Shown piece after piece: positions 25,604 through 37,545 of a stretch of DNA of 64,000 nt. Position 1 is the stretch's first letter. Each line of letters starts with the position of its first letter. Location: the NCBI GenBank assembly GCA_965649765.1, contig OZ287755.1:45942001-46006000 (forward strand), in the 5' to 3' direction. The notes beneath the pieces are model-generated. The model saw only the letters and a program-made list of their open reading frames with translations. It searched no databases and was not told the origin of the DNA. The position numbers and the translations under genes were made by a program. This stretch comes from Bispira polyomma (lineage: Eukaryota).

Positions 25604-28600
25604 CTAACATGTAAAAAATTAACACTCAGTCGAAATCTTTTATTACCTTCTTCACCATCACAATAAATACATCAGAGCTGAAGATCAAACTTGACCTTTC
25701 ACAACTCTTGACCTTGTGGCTTTAAAATCTTGCTTTCAACATTTGGGGACTGTTGGGAATTTATTCACTACAGGGGCGGTCTCAATAGTGTACGGGTCAT
25801 AATATTGGTCGACGCACATTTCAAAGTCCCAAACGTAGATTTATCAAATTTTTTTTATAGTATTCTGTAATTTAATTGATAAGCATCAAGTAGCATGTGT
25901 TTTTTTAATCATTTCAGTCAGTAAGTTCTTTAAAAATGTAACGGACACTATTATGACCGGAGACTATTGTGACCACCCGTGTAGTGTTGCTGAACTTATT
26001 CAGTAGTGTTGGAAAACTTATTCAGTAGTGTTGGTAAAATTATTCAGTTGTTTTGGTATTTTGCCAACACTACCAATATGAAGTCGATATTTTCTGTTTG
26101 AAGTAAAAATATTGAGTTATCAACAGCCAACACTACCAATATAAAGTCAATATTTTTGATTCAAAGTAAAAATATTGAGTTAGAAACCCCCAATACTAAT
26201 AATACTAAAACCAACACTGACAATAATAAAACACCTCTACTATGGTATTTATACTCTTTCGTATATTTTAAATGCATTGTGTAGTGTTCTGTTGTGTTTG
26301 GTGTAGTATGAGTTAGTGCAGTGTAGTCGGTGGGTTGTAAAGCCCATTGTCGTTGAAGCATGTTAATAACTTATTCAGGGGTGTTCTAAATAATCAAAAA
26401 GCCAATAGCTTTTTCAATTATTGAAATAATAGTCACCCCTGGCGGCCTCTGCATATCCAAATGCTTATAAAATATTCAACCTCAAGCCATTGTGTTTAGT
26501 ATCCAGTGACAACTTGCACTGATATATTTGTCTGTGATCTGATATAATGTAAAAACTGGTCTTAATGTAATATACTTTATACCACATATGAAAGGGTGTC
26601 TATATTGTGTATATATTTTTGGGATATCTATATCTTATAATAAGGATATACAGCTATGAACCACGACGAAGCAAGTACGTAAAATTGAAATCAATATTGC
26701 TTCACTGAGAGAGTTAACATTATTTTTATTTCTAGTGATATAAGGGCTTGTTTTTCATAGAAATGTAATCTCCTTATTTTCATTTGGCATGATTTGTCGT
26801 GTGGTGTTTGTTTTCAAAACATATAATACATGTAATTTTTATTGTGGTTATAATGGTCGTATTTTACACTAACATGCAAATTATTGATTTCATTTGCATT
26901 TTATTTTGATAATTACCAACAATTTTTAGAGACCAATATAATTTTCTTAAATTAATGGATATTCAATAAATAAGAATTTCGTATAACTCAGCCTATACTT
27001 TGTTTGTAATTTTGTATTCAGTTGTATGCCAAAGAGCCTCCTGTTATGAAGGATTGTTATGAAGGATTTGATTTGAAATTATATGCCCCCCTCACATTCG
27101 AGGACTGAATCCTCTTAGTGGGGAAACTATTTCTGTTTGAATTCTACTCTTCATGAATCTTTAAACATATCATCGTGGTGTGACTCAAGAGAATCAAACC
27201 TTAATAAACTGCAGAATTATTTGCAAAACAAAAAAAAACAAAAAAACTTGAATCTATTTTCAGAGACCAAAGGCACAAAATCCAAGCAGAAAGTCAAGGT
27301 AAATGCTATTATTTCGTACAATTCACAGAAAAACCAAAATAGAAATAAAAAGAGAAAAAAGAACAGTTTAAAATCTATACAACTATTATAAGAACTATAT
27401 AGTGTTTTATAATGTTGCTATTTATAGGTTGATATTATGTGTCGTGTAGGTGGATCGGAGTGGAGGTGGGTGTTTTTAAGTCATCTGCATTTTAAACGTG
27501 TTTCTGAAGCTGCAAGAGCTATGCCTTTGACAACCCAAATGTTAACATTGATGACATCTTATGGGAGTGACCACCAGCCCTTCATAAAATGGTGGATCTG
27601 CTTGTGTGATGTTTAATAGTATCTCAAGACCATGTATCATGTAACGGAAGGAGAGGTTTGGGTATTCCATGTATTGTGCTAAAAACTGTGGCTTGACAAA
27701 TGTATCCTTGTACAAGTACCTTGTTCTGATTTCCTGCATCAGTGGAGTCCATCGGTGGTAAAGTCAAGATAGCAAAGGACGTTAAAAGTGATGGAATAAA
27801 ATGCCAGAGAAAGAAAGGTTGAAGGAAAGTTAAGATTACCTAAAGTTTCCCAACAGGACCTCAAACAATTTTGTTACTTTCAATAATTTCTAGCTCAGTG
27901 TAGACCTAACATAAAATACACTAAGATATCTTAGCTATTGTTTTCCTATGTCCAAGGTCACAACAGGGTCACACTCATAGGGCAGAGGTATTATGGGTAC
28001 TTTGTCATGACATCTGTCACTTAAATATCTATATCTTTGTACAGTTGTATATCTATAATATTTGTTTTTTATGTACATTTACAATAATAATAATAATACT
28101 TGATTGTGTAGAAGTCCCTGTTATGATCTAAAGTCAATGATATTTTACATCACATGTAGTTGAAATTTGGGTATGTGGCTGAATTTTACACAAAATAATT
28201 AAGCTGTACACATTGTTGATGATCTGTTTTCTTTATATATTTTGGGAATGGCATGAACAGAAATCAAGAGATGATTCTCCTGCACAGGAAAAAGTCACTT
28301 CGTAAGTTTAAAACTCTAGTGTTAATTTTATATCATAGAATTAAACAATACATTGTTAAATTAGGTTGACATTAAAAATGCTCTAAAAAAAAACAACAAT
28401 GAAAGGTTGATGTAAACCTAAAACCAATTGGTGAGGTTTACAAAACCTAATCTTTAGTTTGTCGTTGATTTTATCTCGGTTCAAAGTACAGTCGGTTATT
28501 CTTTATAACAGAGCAATATTTAGTGCACTCACCGGTGTACTTTATCAGTACAGTGCACAATGTAAAGTGTGAAAGGGAGTTGGGCTCCTTGCTATTGGAT

Positions 28601-31600
28601 GCTACGGGTCGGGTTAACACCCAGTCTGGTTGCTTTCTCATTAACCAGCTGTTAACCCCCTACCCTTACAACCTTGCTATGTCCATGGACTTTACGATTG
28701 GATCACTGATTTTGCTGTTGCACTTTAGAAGATGCCTTGCATCAGTAAAACATGTTAAAAATGCATAATAATACTATTGCATTGCACAATGCTCTAATAC
28801 TTAGTATTATTATTATAGATTTTTAACGCGCTTTATTGATGCTAGGCATCTTCTAAAGCGCAACAGCAGAATCATCGGTACAATCATTAAGTCCATGGAC
28901 ATTGCAAAGTCGTAAGAAAGGAAGTGGGAGTGTGCACGAGGAAAGCTAAGGTGGGTAGGCAAGATTAAAAAGATAGGTTTTAAGCTTTTTCCTAAAACCG
29001 ATAAGTGTATCAACTGGCCTGAGGTCAACTGGGAGACTGTTCCATAACCGTGGAGCTGCAGTTGAGAATGCTCAGAATCCCGCCTTTCTGATTGGTCCGA
29101 CCGAAGTGACGGAGAGTCTGTTGCCTCTCTTGCGGTTACTGAAGGAAAGAAGGGAGGCAAGGTAGGGGGATACAAATCCTACCGAACAGTGTTATTTGTC
29201 CTTACCTATGTACAGGCTTGCGTTATGTACATTTTTTTCAAAAACACATCTGTTTTCCATCCATTAGATTTGTAATTGTTTTAATAATTCATTTTGTGAC
29301 TACACTAAAGCTTTTGGAACTAAAACAGATAGTCCAAGTTTGTTCTCATACATAACAGAGTAATATGTTCTCCATGTCAATGCACTTGAGTACTAAATTA
29401 TTGCATTACACAATAAGTGTAACAAAAAGTGTAATGTGTCTACATTTAAAGGCTTTAGTGTAATAAATAGGTGGATGACACAATGACATCATGGATAACA
29501 GTGTTATATATGTCCATGTAAATCCTCTGTTAATCATATGGTGTACTGACTGAGTACCACTTAATATGTCTCCATGTAAATGCACTGGTGTACTGTATCA
29601 GTGCAGTGTACCATGCATCCATACATAATAGCAGTTTAATATGTCTTCATTTAAATGCACTGGTGTATTGTATCAGTGCAGTATACAATTCCCCCATACA
29701 TAACAGCAGTTTATTATGTCTCTATTTAAATGCACTAGTACACTGTATCAGTGCAGTGTACAATGCACCCATGCATAAAACAGTGTAATATGTTCCCATT
29801 TAAATGGACTAGTGTACTGTATGAGTGTAGTGTACAATGTCCTCATACACAACAGCAGTCTAATGTGTCTCAATTTAATTGCAATACTGTACTGTATCAA
29901 TGCAATGTACATGATTCTACACTGTAAACCAGTGACCATCGGCAAGTAACTGCCAACTTTTCCAATTTAAGCCGTGGCCAAGTTTAGAACTGAGACCTTA
30001 AAGGTCGGAGGCAAGTGTATTAGCACTGGGCCACCGAGGCCCCCTGGTGTGTTGAATGATAGTTTTACACAATGTCTTCATGTAAATCCACTGGTGTACC
30101 TGATAAGTACAGTGCACAATGTGCCCAAACCTAGATTTGTAATGTTTCCATTTAAATCCACTAAATGAGTGTACTAAATTAGTGTACCAAATGAGTGTAC
30201 TACACTGATGTTCTCACACAATTTACATACGTAGTTTCTCCTTGTGTATGTCCACAGTAAAGAACTGACAAGTGAACAGGTGGACACTTTGCTCCAGATG
30301 GCTGATCTGTTTGACTGTATGAAGACCACAGTCACTGACCACGATGAGAGAATAGGGGAATACCAGGCTATTCTTGGACAGGTTAGTTATCTGGAATTCT
30401 CTGTGCGGTAGGGTTTTTAAAATGTCAAGACTGGTTTTAATATACGACTAAATCATGTTAGAAGCTTACTAAAAGAAACAAAAATGATGTGCTTACAATT
30501 TTAGGGTGTTTTTAAAAGGTAATAAGTTGTCTGTTACTTTTGTAGGTACTCATCTTCTGAAATATTTAGATACACACTTAAGTGTTACAATCTGTATGAT
30601 TGTAGGTAGAGCACGCAGTCCAGGGTTTACGCAAAACACTGGGAACGTGTCAGCTTATTTGGAAGATTGATGGCTTCAAAACAAAGTTTAAGGAAGCTTC
30701 CAAAGGAGAGAATACAGTGCTCTACAGTCCAGCATTTGAGACCCATCCATATGGCTACAAGTTAGCATTAAGTCTCTGTCCATATGGGGACGGAGTTGGT
30801 AAGTCCTTGTACCAAATATCTATGCTTTTTGAGAGAGAGAAGTTTTTTGTCATTCTGGATAAAGCTGATTTAAGGTATAGTGATATTTGGTTTGTGTCTT
30901 AAATTATGTATATGAAGGTATGAACAATGTTTATCTCACAACCAATTATGTAAGTGATCAAAGTTTGAAGTGGTCTAGTATTACCTCAGACAAGGAGGTT
31001 ATGTTTTTGTCACATGTCCTTTGTTTGGTTTGTATGTATGCCACAATAATAAGACGAACCAAAGAAGCAATTTACAATAAACCAGGATTTTTTTTTTTTG
31101 AGTTTTGGTCAATATTATGCCTTGGTAAAGGTATGCAGTTTAATCAGTGCTCTCCTATTTTTTTTTAATATTTTTAGACAACAGAACAATTAATTAAGAA
31201 GGCAATTAACTATTGCTTATATGGACATATAACCAATATACATGTATACACATAAACTATGAATATTGTGATTACTTATAGAATAAGTAGCTCGCCATAG
31301 ATACCTTGATAATACTTCTTAGTTTTACTATTCCAAACTATAAATATATACCATATGTTACACAATTATCCAATTTTTTGTGCCATATTTTCATTAATAT
31401 CCCAAATTGCAGCCATGTTGATACTGTACCTAATGATATCGATCCATTACATTTGATCATTTGATTATGTGCAACTCAACTGAGAACAAAGTTAAACCCA
31501 GCCAATAAGAACAATTGGTACAATAATATGAACAGTCAAGATACAATAAATCAATATACTTTTAGTGTTATCTTATGTTTTCAGGTAAAGGCAAATACTT

Positions 31601-33312
31601 CTCCATCTTCTTCACAATCATCCAAGGCCAGTGGGATTCCCTACTCATCTGGCCCTTTGGCCACAAAATGACATTCACTCTGCTAGACCAATCAGAATCC
31701 GGGGAGACACGTGACATTCAGGCCAATTTTGAACCGAACCCAATGAAAGAGAACATGCCATTCTTGGGAAAGCCCACTTCATATAGAAATCCCAGTCTTG
31801 GTAGGTATTTGGAATACTTCAGTATATACATGGATCAATGCATATATACGTTGGTCAATATATCTATTTGCAGTGCAGTGGTATTTTGTGTGTGCCTAAT
31901 AGTGTGAACTACATAGTAAGGACCTTGATGTTTTTAGATAGTATAGTATGTTGATAATAAAATGAGTTGATTTTGTGTGTATATTAAAATACATTGCCAT
32001 TTAAATTGGTAAAATCAAGGCTGAATAAGCTAGAAGAAGAATATATAATATTTAGTTTCTACATTTATTGATATCATGATTCATACTCTAATGTGATCAG
32101 GTAAAAATCTGTGCAGGTAAACTGTTTGCATTTCGTCTTGCTGGTAGATAAGTTATTTCTTGTGACTTGTATTGTAAGATAATTCCTGATACAAGTATAT
32201 ACTATAAGTGTAAACATTTTAGAGTCCTATACAATCTGATGTAAATGTCTTTAGTTAGTTGGCAAAAGATCTCACTTTACCTACCAGTAGTTTAAAATGA
32301 TCATATCTTGTGTTTTGGCGGTTGTAGAGTTGGGCCTGTAATTAGAGGGAATACCATCATGGTATTACATATAATCGGCCTACTGGAATAACATATTTGG
32401 ACAAGATATCAATACCATTCCTTGTCAGAGAACAATAGCCTAATATACTTTGCCATCAATTTCGTGCTTTATTAATACTTCAAATCTACTAATCAGCAAG
32501 CAATTGGTACCATTGGTAACTTTAAAACATTTATATAACAAAAAAATTGACGACAAGGCATCCCCTAAGGGTCATAGTGTCACAAACAAATCTATGTTCA
32601 CCTCTAACATATCTAAGAAGATTGTGCATTTTTAATTTCCATCTTTAAAATAAAATTTTACCACATCTTGCGCTACAGTAGTGTCTCTGTTTAACCAGGA
32701 TTACTAATAAGCTTTAATATCTATTTGTATTGACTCAACTACCAACCTTGATATGTATTCCTTCAAATATCCTGCACTTATAATTTAACATATACCAAGG
32801 TATCTTTATGTAAATGGGGGCCACGGTGGCCTAGTGGTTAGCAAGCATTGCGCTTCACAATCACTGGTCTCTCACCTCTGGGCGGCGTGAGTTGGAATCC
32901 GGTCGATGCCTATGTGGGAAAGGTGGTAGTTCCTTACTGTGGGCCGATGGTTTCAGTGCAGAACCTTGACCGACTGTATGCATTGTTTCCTCCAGCATTT
33001 CCAACTACCCGTCCCAATATTACCTACTAAAAGGTACTAGAGTGGACGTTAAATATTCAAATTCAAATCTTCATGTAAACATTATATTCCTCTGACCAGT
33101 TTTTCCATATTAATGAAATTTACAGAGTTATATAACACAGTTTCAACTTAGTACAACATAATCTGGAACTATATGTAATTTTGTGTTTTTTTCCCACAGG
33201 TCTCCCAAAGTTTGCTCCCCTAACCGAGGTCTGGAGTGGAGAGAAATATGTTAAAGACAATGCAATCTTCATCAAAGTAGAGGTGCAGATCAAAGATGCT
33301 CAGGGCATATGA
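16442..33312 (+). CDS. TRAF-family (MATH/TRAF-C domain) protein lacking RING and zinc fingers, ~392 aa; exons 16442-16898, 27264-27298, 28261-28301, 30258-30381, 30606-30798, 31585-31800, 33200-33312
   Basis: GT-AG exons with compatible phases (1,0,2,0,1,1). The C-terminal half reads LIWKIDGF...LYSPAFETHPYGYKLALSLCPYGDGVGKGKYFSIFFTIIQGQWDSLLIWPFGHKMTFTLLDQ...GLPKF...YVKDNAIFIKVEV, a typical TRAF-C/MATH domain, preceded by a helical coiled-coil-like segment. The last four exons are high confidence; linkage of exon 16442-16898 and the two micro-exons is lower confidence. Confidence 0.8.
17650..17775. mobile_element. Short MITE-like element with inverted ends; related end at ~63236-63272
   Basis: gggcccgtattcactaaagttcttatacttagaa ... 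ttctaagaataaaaactttagtgaatac. Confidence 0.55.
18038..18417 (-). mobile_element. Partial copy of the Harbinger-type MITE at 50647-51354
   Basis: Ends in catgctgaaaggaagcttatgtaggc and aligns in reverse to 50647-~51105. Confidence 0.75.
19071..19200. repeat. 22-bp minisatellite, left part; resumes at 25751-25770 and 25982-26050
   Basis: Unit gtgaacttattcagtagtgttg, about 6 copies on the left and about 4 on the right of the insertions. Confidence 0.9.
19511..20774 (+). pseudogene. Gag-like ORF1 of the Ngaro element, disrupted
   Basis: Fragments in three ORFs; Pro/Ser/Thr-rich N-part, YDELTLPQW motif and C-terminal CKLFNNGKC...HNCWHC...H...C zinc-finger-like motif. Confidence 0.7.
21032..23566 (+). 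pseudogene. DIRS/Ngaro RT-RNase H ORF with an internal deletion, running in frame into the YR N-terminus
   Basis: GFPL, NHFSA, SPLLTRPK, RVILNLS, KIDVARAFRNL, FGW, YIDD; then DACLTGFGG, HLEMLN, CDN, HIPGKDNVIADALSR; then ALRPKT..AY (YR N-terminal domain). Confidence 0.88.
23567..24055 (+). pseudogene. Tyrosine recombinase catalytic domain of the Ngaro element (stop/frameshift)
   Basis: FLRLSNM (catalytic R), KWAK, CPV, HTFRRSGAT (HxxR), HGLWRSSAVWSY (catalytic Y); stop at 24053-24055. Confidence 0.85.
25771..25981. mobile_element. Tc1/mariner-type MITE with TA target duplication
   Basis: TA|caggggcggtctcaatagtgtacgggtcataat ... attatgaccggagactattgtgaccacccgtg|TA (imperfect TIRs). Removing it restores a minisatellite unit. 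Confidence 0.65.
28655..28775 (+). mobile_element. Internally deleted L2 3' fragment
   Basis: atgtccatggact...ttgctgttgcactttagaagatgcc...ataataata; same family as 15100-15460. Confidence 0.7.
28806..29170 (-). mobile_element. 5'-truncated L2/CR1 3' fragment with (TAA)n tail
   Basis: Highly similar to 15100-15460. Confidence 0.85.
29345..30200. repeat. Degenerate 75-bp tandem repeat; paralogous array at ~48625-48845
   Basis: tgcactggtg anchors at 29581, 29656 and 29731 (period 75). Confidence 0.85.
32816..33068 (+). mobile_element. tRNA-derived SINE, full length, with TSD
   Basis: A-box TGGCCTAGTGG, B-box-like GAGTTGGAATCC, (ATTCAA)n tail; TSD atctt[t/c]atgtaaa at 32802-32814 and 33067-33079. 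Confidence 0.88.
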
Positions 33313-33670
33313 ACATTTGACTGTCAATTTGACATGTATTTGAGTCACAATTTTCCATTTAACATATGTTTGTATAGGTGGGCATTGTAACAACTTTAGC
33401 TTTATTGTAATGATATATTTACTGAAATTTAATAGTGAAAATTAATTTCTGTGAACTACTCTGAAATTGGAAATCAGTGAAATTATTTTCCAAATAAAAT
33501 GTCCACTTATAAAGCATCAGTATTGGTAACAGTGCTGATGAACACTGAAGATATTTGTTCATATTTAACATTAATGCCGTGGTTACACTGAGCATGTTCG
33601 TGTTTATGTTCGCTTCATTTTAAACGTAAGCAACGAAAATAAACAAAGTGAAAATTTGGGAAAACATAAC

Positions 33671-34324
33671 AAACAAGTGGGGTTATAGACCCCAAAAAGG
33701 CGGGTTGCGCAAATGGTATCAGGGATTGGGTGCAGCAACAAATTTTAAGTTTATTATTTGTTTGTACAGATTTATAGTTATTTTAGCACAAATGGTTCTA
33801 TAGACCGCAAGACTATTGTACCGTGTCATTAAAAAAAAAAAAACGCTTTTCAGATCATGTTGTCTATCTTTGTTTTTCGTAATGGGCCCAAATACAATCC
33901 TAACCAAGCTATTGACAGGATACACTTGTACAACAAATTTGGTAATGATAGTTGCAATACTTTTCCTTTGAATCTCCGGGAACCGTTTCCAAGATGGCGG
34001 CATCTTGTTTTTTAGAATGGGCCCAAATACAATCCTAACCTAGCAATTGACATGATACACCACCACAACAAATTTGGTGATGATAGCTGCAATACTTTTC
34101 CTTTAAATGTCCGGAAACCATTTTCTATGGGGCTATGGCGGCCATCTTTTTTTCGGAATGGGCCTAAATACAATTCCAACCAAGCTATTTACATAATACA
34201 CATCCACAACAAATTTGGTGATGATACCTCAAATAGTTTTCCTTTAAATGTCCGGAAACTAAAATATTGACGGACGGACACATCAATCTAATAGGCGTGT
34301 TGGTTACACGCAACCCGCCCAAAA
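33671..34324 (+). mobile_element. Helentron-type non-autonomous element (HINE/DINE-1/pearl-like)
   Basis: 5' AACAAG plus hairpin; subTIR ggcgggttgcg (33699) with cgcaacccgcc (34309); three ~135-bp internal core repeats; (GACG)n microsatellite; 3' short inverted repeat; A-rich flanks. Confidence 0.75.
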
Positions 34325-35033
34325 TTCAATGTATGGGCCGTATTGTACAAGTTTTGTACACATTTGTACAGACATTTAATACGTTTAATAGCCGTTTCAA
34401 TTATGTTTGTATCGTTTTACAATATGTTAGCCACGTTTCTAAGCATGCTTCGACCTCTTCGTTTTAAATTTGGATGTTTTTAAATTTGGATGTATGGTAC
34501 GTCTTACTGCGGTCCGTAAGTTATATACACATTAAAGATGTGTTCTACGTTACCCACGAATGCACCAAACATTTTATTTGAGATCGTCGAAAACGCCCAA
34601 AACGGGCTTAAATTTTGTGCAGCTTGAAATTTTTACATTAAGGGACCATCTTACTCACACATGCTTACGTTTACTTAAGAATACTATGTTCACTATGCAA
34701 ATGCTTATGTTTCACTTACGTTTGCTATTTTTAAACATTTTTTGTGCCGAATCGAAACGTAAGGCCAGTGTGATCACGGCATAAAAGTAAAGTACAATTA
34801 GAAAAAAATAATATTTTGGTTGACTCAGAGCATAGGTCAAAAATACAAGTAATGGTAACAGCTCACGTTTCCTTATTGAAGACAAATATTTTGTGTCAAA
34901 GTGAATATACAAACGACATAATAGACAATATTGATATATTTCAAAATCGTGCAACTTTATGGAATGGCATTAAAATTGGTCTAGATTGTAAAATAGAATG
35001 AATCAGACTCTTATTGGTTGGGTTAACATTTAA

Positions 35034-35596
35034 GGTTGTTCGCTACCATTTTTTTTACCCAACAGATTTTTAAAAAAAAAAATTTATGAAAAGGTTGAAT
35101 ATAAAAAAAAATATAAAAAAAACTATGTCACACCAGGCTCATTCTAGAACTACAGAGCTTTGAACATGGTATATATTTTCATATATTTGCCTATTGTTTT
35201 CTATGGAAAAGCCTGTTTTGGGGGAAAAAAAATCCATAAAAAGGTATTTTAAAAAAATTTTACCCCACAGAATTTAATTTTTTTCTCCCCAGTTGTGGAA
35301 AATTACAAACTGTAACTTAATATGAGAAAAAAAACAAGGGGTCACCGAGCTAAATTTTTTGAAATCTCAGTTTGTTTAGAATTTTTAGGGCCCAAAACCT
35401 TATGTTTCTATTGAGATAAAAGAAAACATGTCGAATTTTCCTGAAGATAAACACTATATTTACAGCAGAGTGGCTCAAAAAAAGGCAAAATGACACATCA
35501 TTCCCAATAGACAATTTAACAAAGCACATTTTCTGCACTTTTCTTCAAAAAATATTGAAATTTATTTTTTTGGGAAAAAAATGGTAGCGAACAACC
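35034..35596. mobile_element. MITE with TTAA target duplication, Kolobok-like (GG...CC termini)
   Basis: TTAA|ggttgttcgctaccatttttt ... aaaaaatggtagcgaacaacc|TTAA. Confidence 0.85.
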
Positions 35597-36054
35597 TTAA
35601 CTGTTGTTGACTGTTACTTATTAAATATAATAATAAATAATATAGTATCTCCCATCTGAAACGAACAGCATAAGTTGTTATCCTATTTTTATTTTGGATT
35701 TCAAGTCCTGTTTCAAAACCTGCAGTTTGATCAAATGGCTTGGATTTTTTTATTCTTTTGATCTAAATAACTTAATATTTTTGTAAATGTTTTGTTTAAT
35801 GTTACTTTTAATATGCTTGGTGTCGCATCTGGCAAATTGGTAGTGGAGAAAATCAGAACATGGTTAATTTCCTACTGTTGTTAATATCTTCTATTATGCA
35901 ATTCAATTTTTCCATTTATTTGAATCCAAGACGGCAGAGATTTTTATCACTATATCACTACTAAAAGTATACATAAAACATTGGGTTATCATGTTGCCAG
36001 TAAAACCTATGTACATTATGTATTAGGATGATCAATGCAGCAAGACTTAGTGTT

Positions 36055-36255
36055 AGCCTAAGCTTCCTTTCAGCACATCCCGACGTTGGCTGATTTATGT
36101 GTGTCTGAGCCGATCTGACGCCGGCCGATGTAACGCTTCTTTTCATCAGATATCTACTAAATATTTTAATATATATATTTTTTGTTTTCTTCAAATATCG
36201 GGCAGACCTCCCGATTTTTTCCCTCCCTGACAGATGAAATATATTGACCCAACAG
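36055..36255 (-). mobile_element. Internally deleted copy of the Harbinger-type MITE
   Basis: gcctaagcttcctttcagca... matches the TIR and subterminal sequence of 50647-51354. Confidence 0.7.
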
Positions 36256-37545
36256 AGGTTGGCATTTGGTTATATTAAGGACTTATAAAATCGGCCAAGA
36301 AAAAAAATTCTGAAATCAATATCAATATTGCATACTTAAATCCTTTGCAACATGTATTTCAATTTGCTATTTACAACTTTTTTGTAACTGGTCACACGAC
36401 CATGTCATTTTGAATATAAAATTAACAACTTTTCATATGGCACAAATTGTACTAAAATAAAAGACAAATGTGCAAAGATTATTTTATTGAACAATAAGGA
36501 AACATGTGGGAGCTAATCTTTATACAAACAACATAATTACTTTTAAACAAGTCATCCTTGAACATATATTTATTATTAAAACACTTACTTCACACAAGTT
36601 CTTATACTATTCACCAATGTGGTCCACAACAATAACGGCAATTACTCCATATGTAACTCATATATGAGACAATCTATATTTATAATAATCATTCAAACTG
36701 ACTGATTAAAATTCCACTTGGCTACAGTTTTAATAGTATATTCCTTCCTCCAATAAGATGTGTTCCAACGATTAACATGTGGCTCCACTGATAACAATGA
36801 AATGACAGAAATGAAAAATTAGAGTTTGGCAGACATCAAATATGACATCACTACGGCCTCTGAAGATTTCTGAAAAGAAATATTGCATTAAATTATTAGG
36901 TAAATATGGTGCCACATTGGTATCAATTGCTACCAATTACTGGCATACAGACAGACACTATAACTAAAGTCGAGAAATATTCTTGAAAATTGTGAATAAA
37001 GTTACCTGGTGTGCTTTACAAAAGGCAACACATTGTTTATCAAAATACATAACTCATGAATACTTTATTTTTGAATCACTATAATTTGTGTTCATCCATG
37101 CTTGGTAGAATGCTATTTATGATAAAGATACATCTTTCAAAGAAAGCTTTAGAGTTTAAGTTTAGAGTTTACTTCCACTTTAGAGTATCTTTATTAAAAT
37201 AAAAAAATGTCATAGAGTTGATACATTATTACCTATATTATCATAACATGGTGTGACAGCAACATTTTGGAAAATAGAAGGTTCACAAAGTAGAAGATGC
37301 ATTTTAGTATAAAATAATAGGAAAATATAAATTTGGGAAATCACAAATTTGCTTGTAAAATCGAATGTTTATATAATAGAAGTTTAGATAGTACAGACTG
37401 TACTGTAATAAAGTACCTTTCCTACGGTTTTCTAGTATAATAAAAGTAAACGTTTACTTTAAATGTTAACTTAAAAATAAAATAGATGTTTTTAGAAAAT
37501 TTAACATTGTTTCATCTCTTAAAATGCCCTCATTAACTTTTACCT

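Larger units (their letters stand above)
19198..25753 (+). mobile_element. Ngaro-type DIRS (tyrosine-recombinase) retrotransposon with split direct repeats, defective; in TRAF intron 1
   Basis: A1 19198-19424, B1 24062-24298, A2 24296-24515, B2 25502-25753, with gag-like, RT/RNase H and YR coding remnants. Confidence 0.92.
17881..26261. mobile_element. Pair of ~100-bp diverged inverted repeats (17881-17976 and 26168-26261), possibly the termini of an old DNA element now expanded by nested insertions
   Basis: ta-cgaaagagtat...ccatag.ag.ggtgt.tt..tattgtcagtgttgg... matches the reverse complement of 26168-26263. Confidence 0.5.

Noticed and set aside
29588-29788. ORF with a 25-aa repeat
   Set aside because: Translation of the 75-bp satellite; neighbouring units contain stops.
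32816-32910. tRNA gene
   Set aside because: The A/B boxes belong to a three-copy SINE with a tail and TSDs; no proper cloverleaf.
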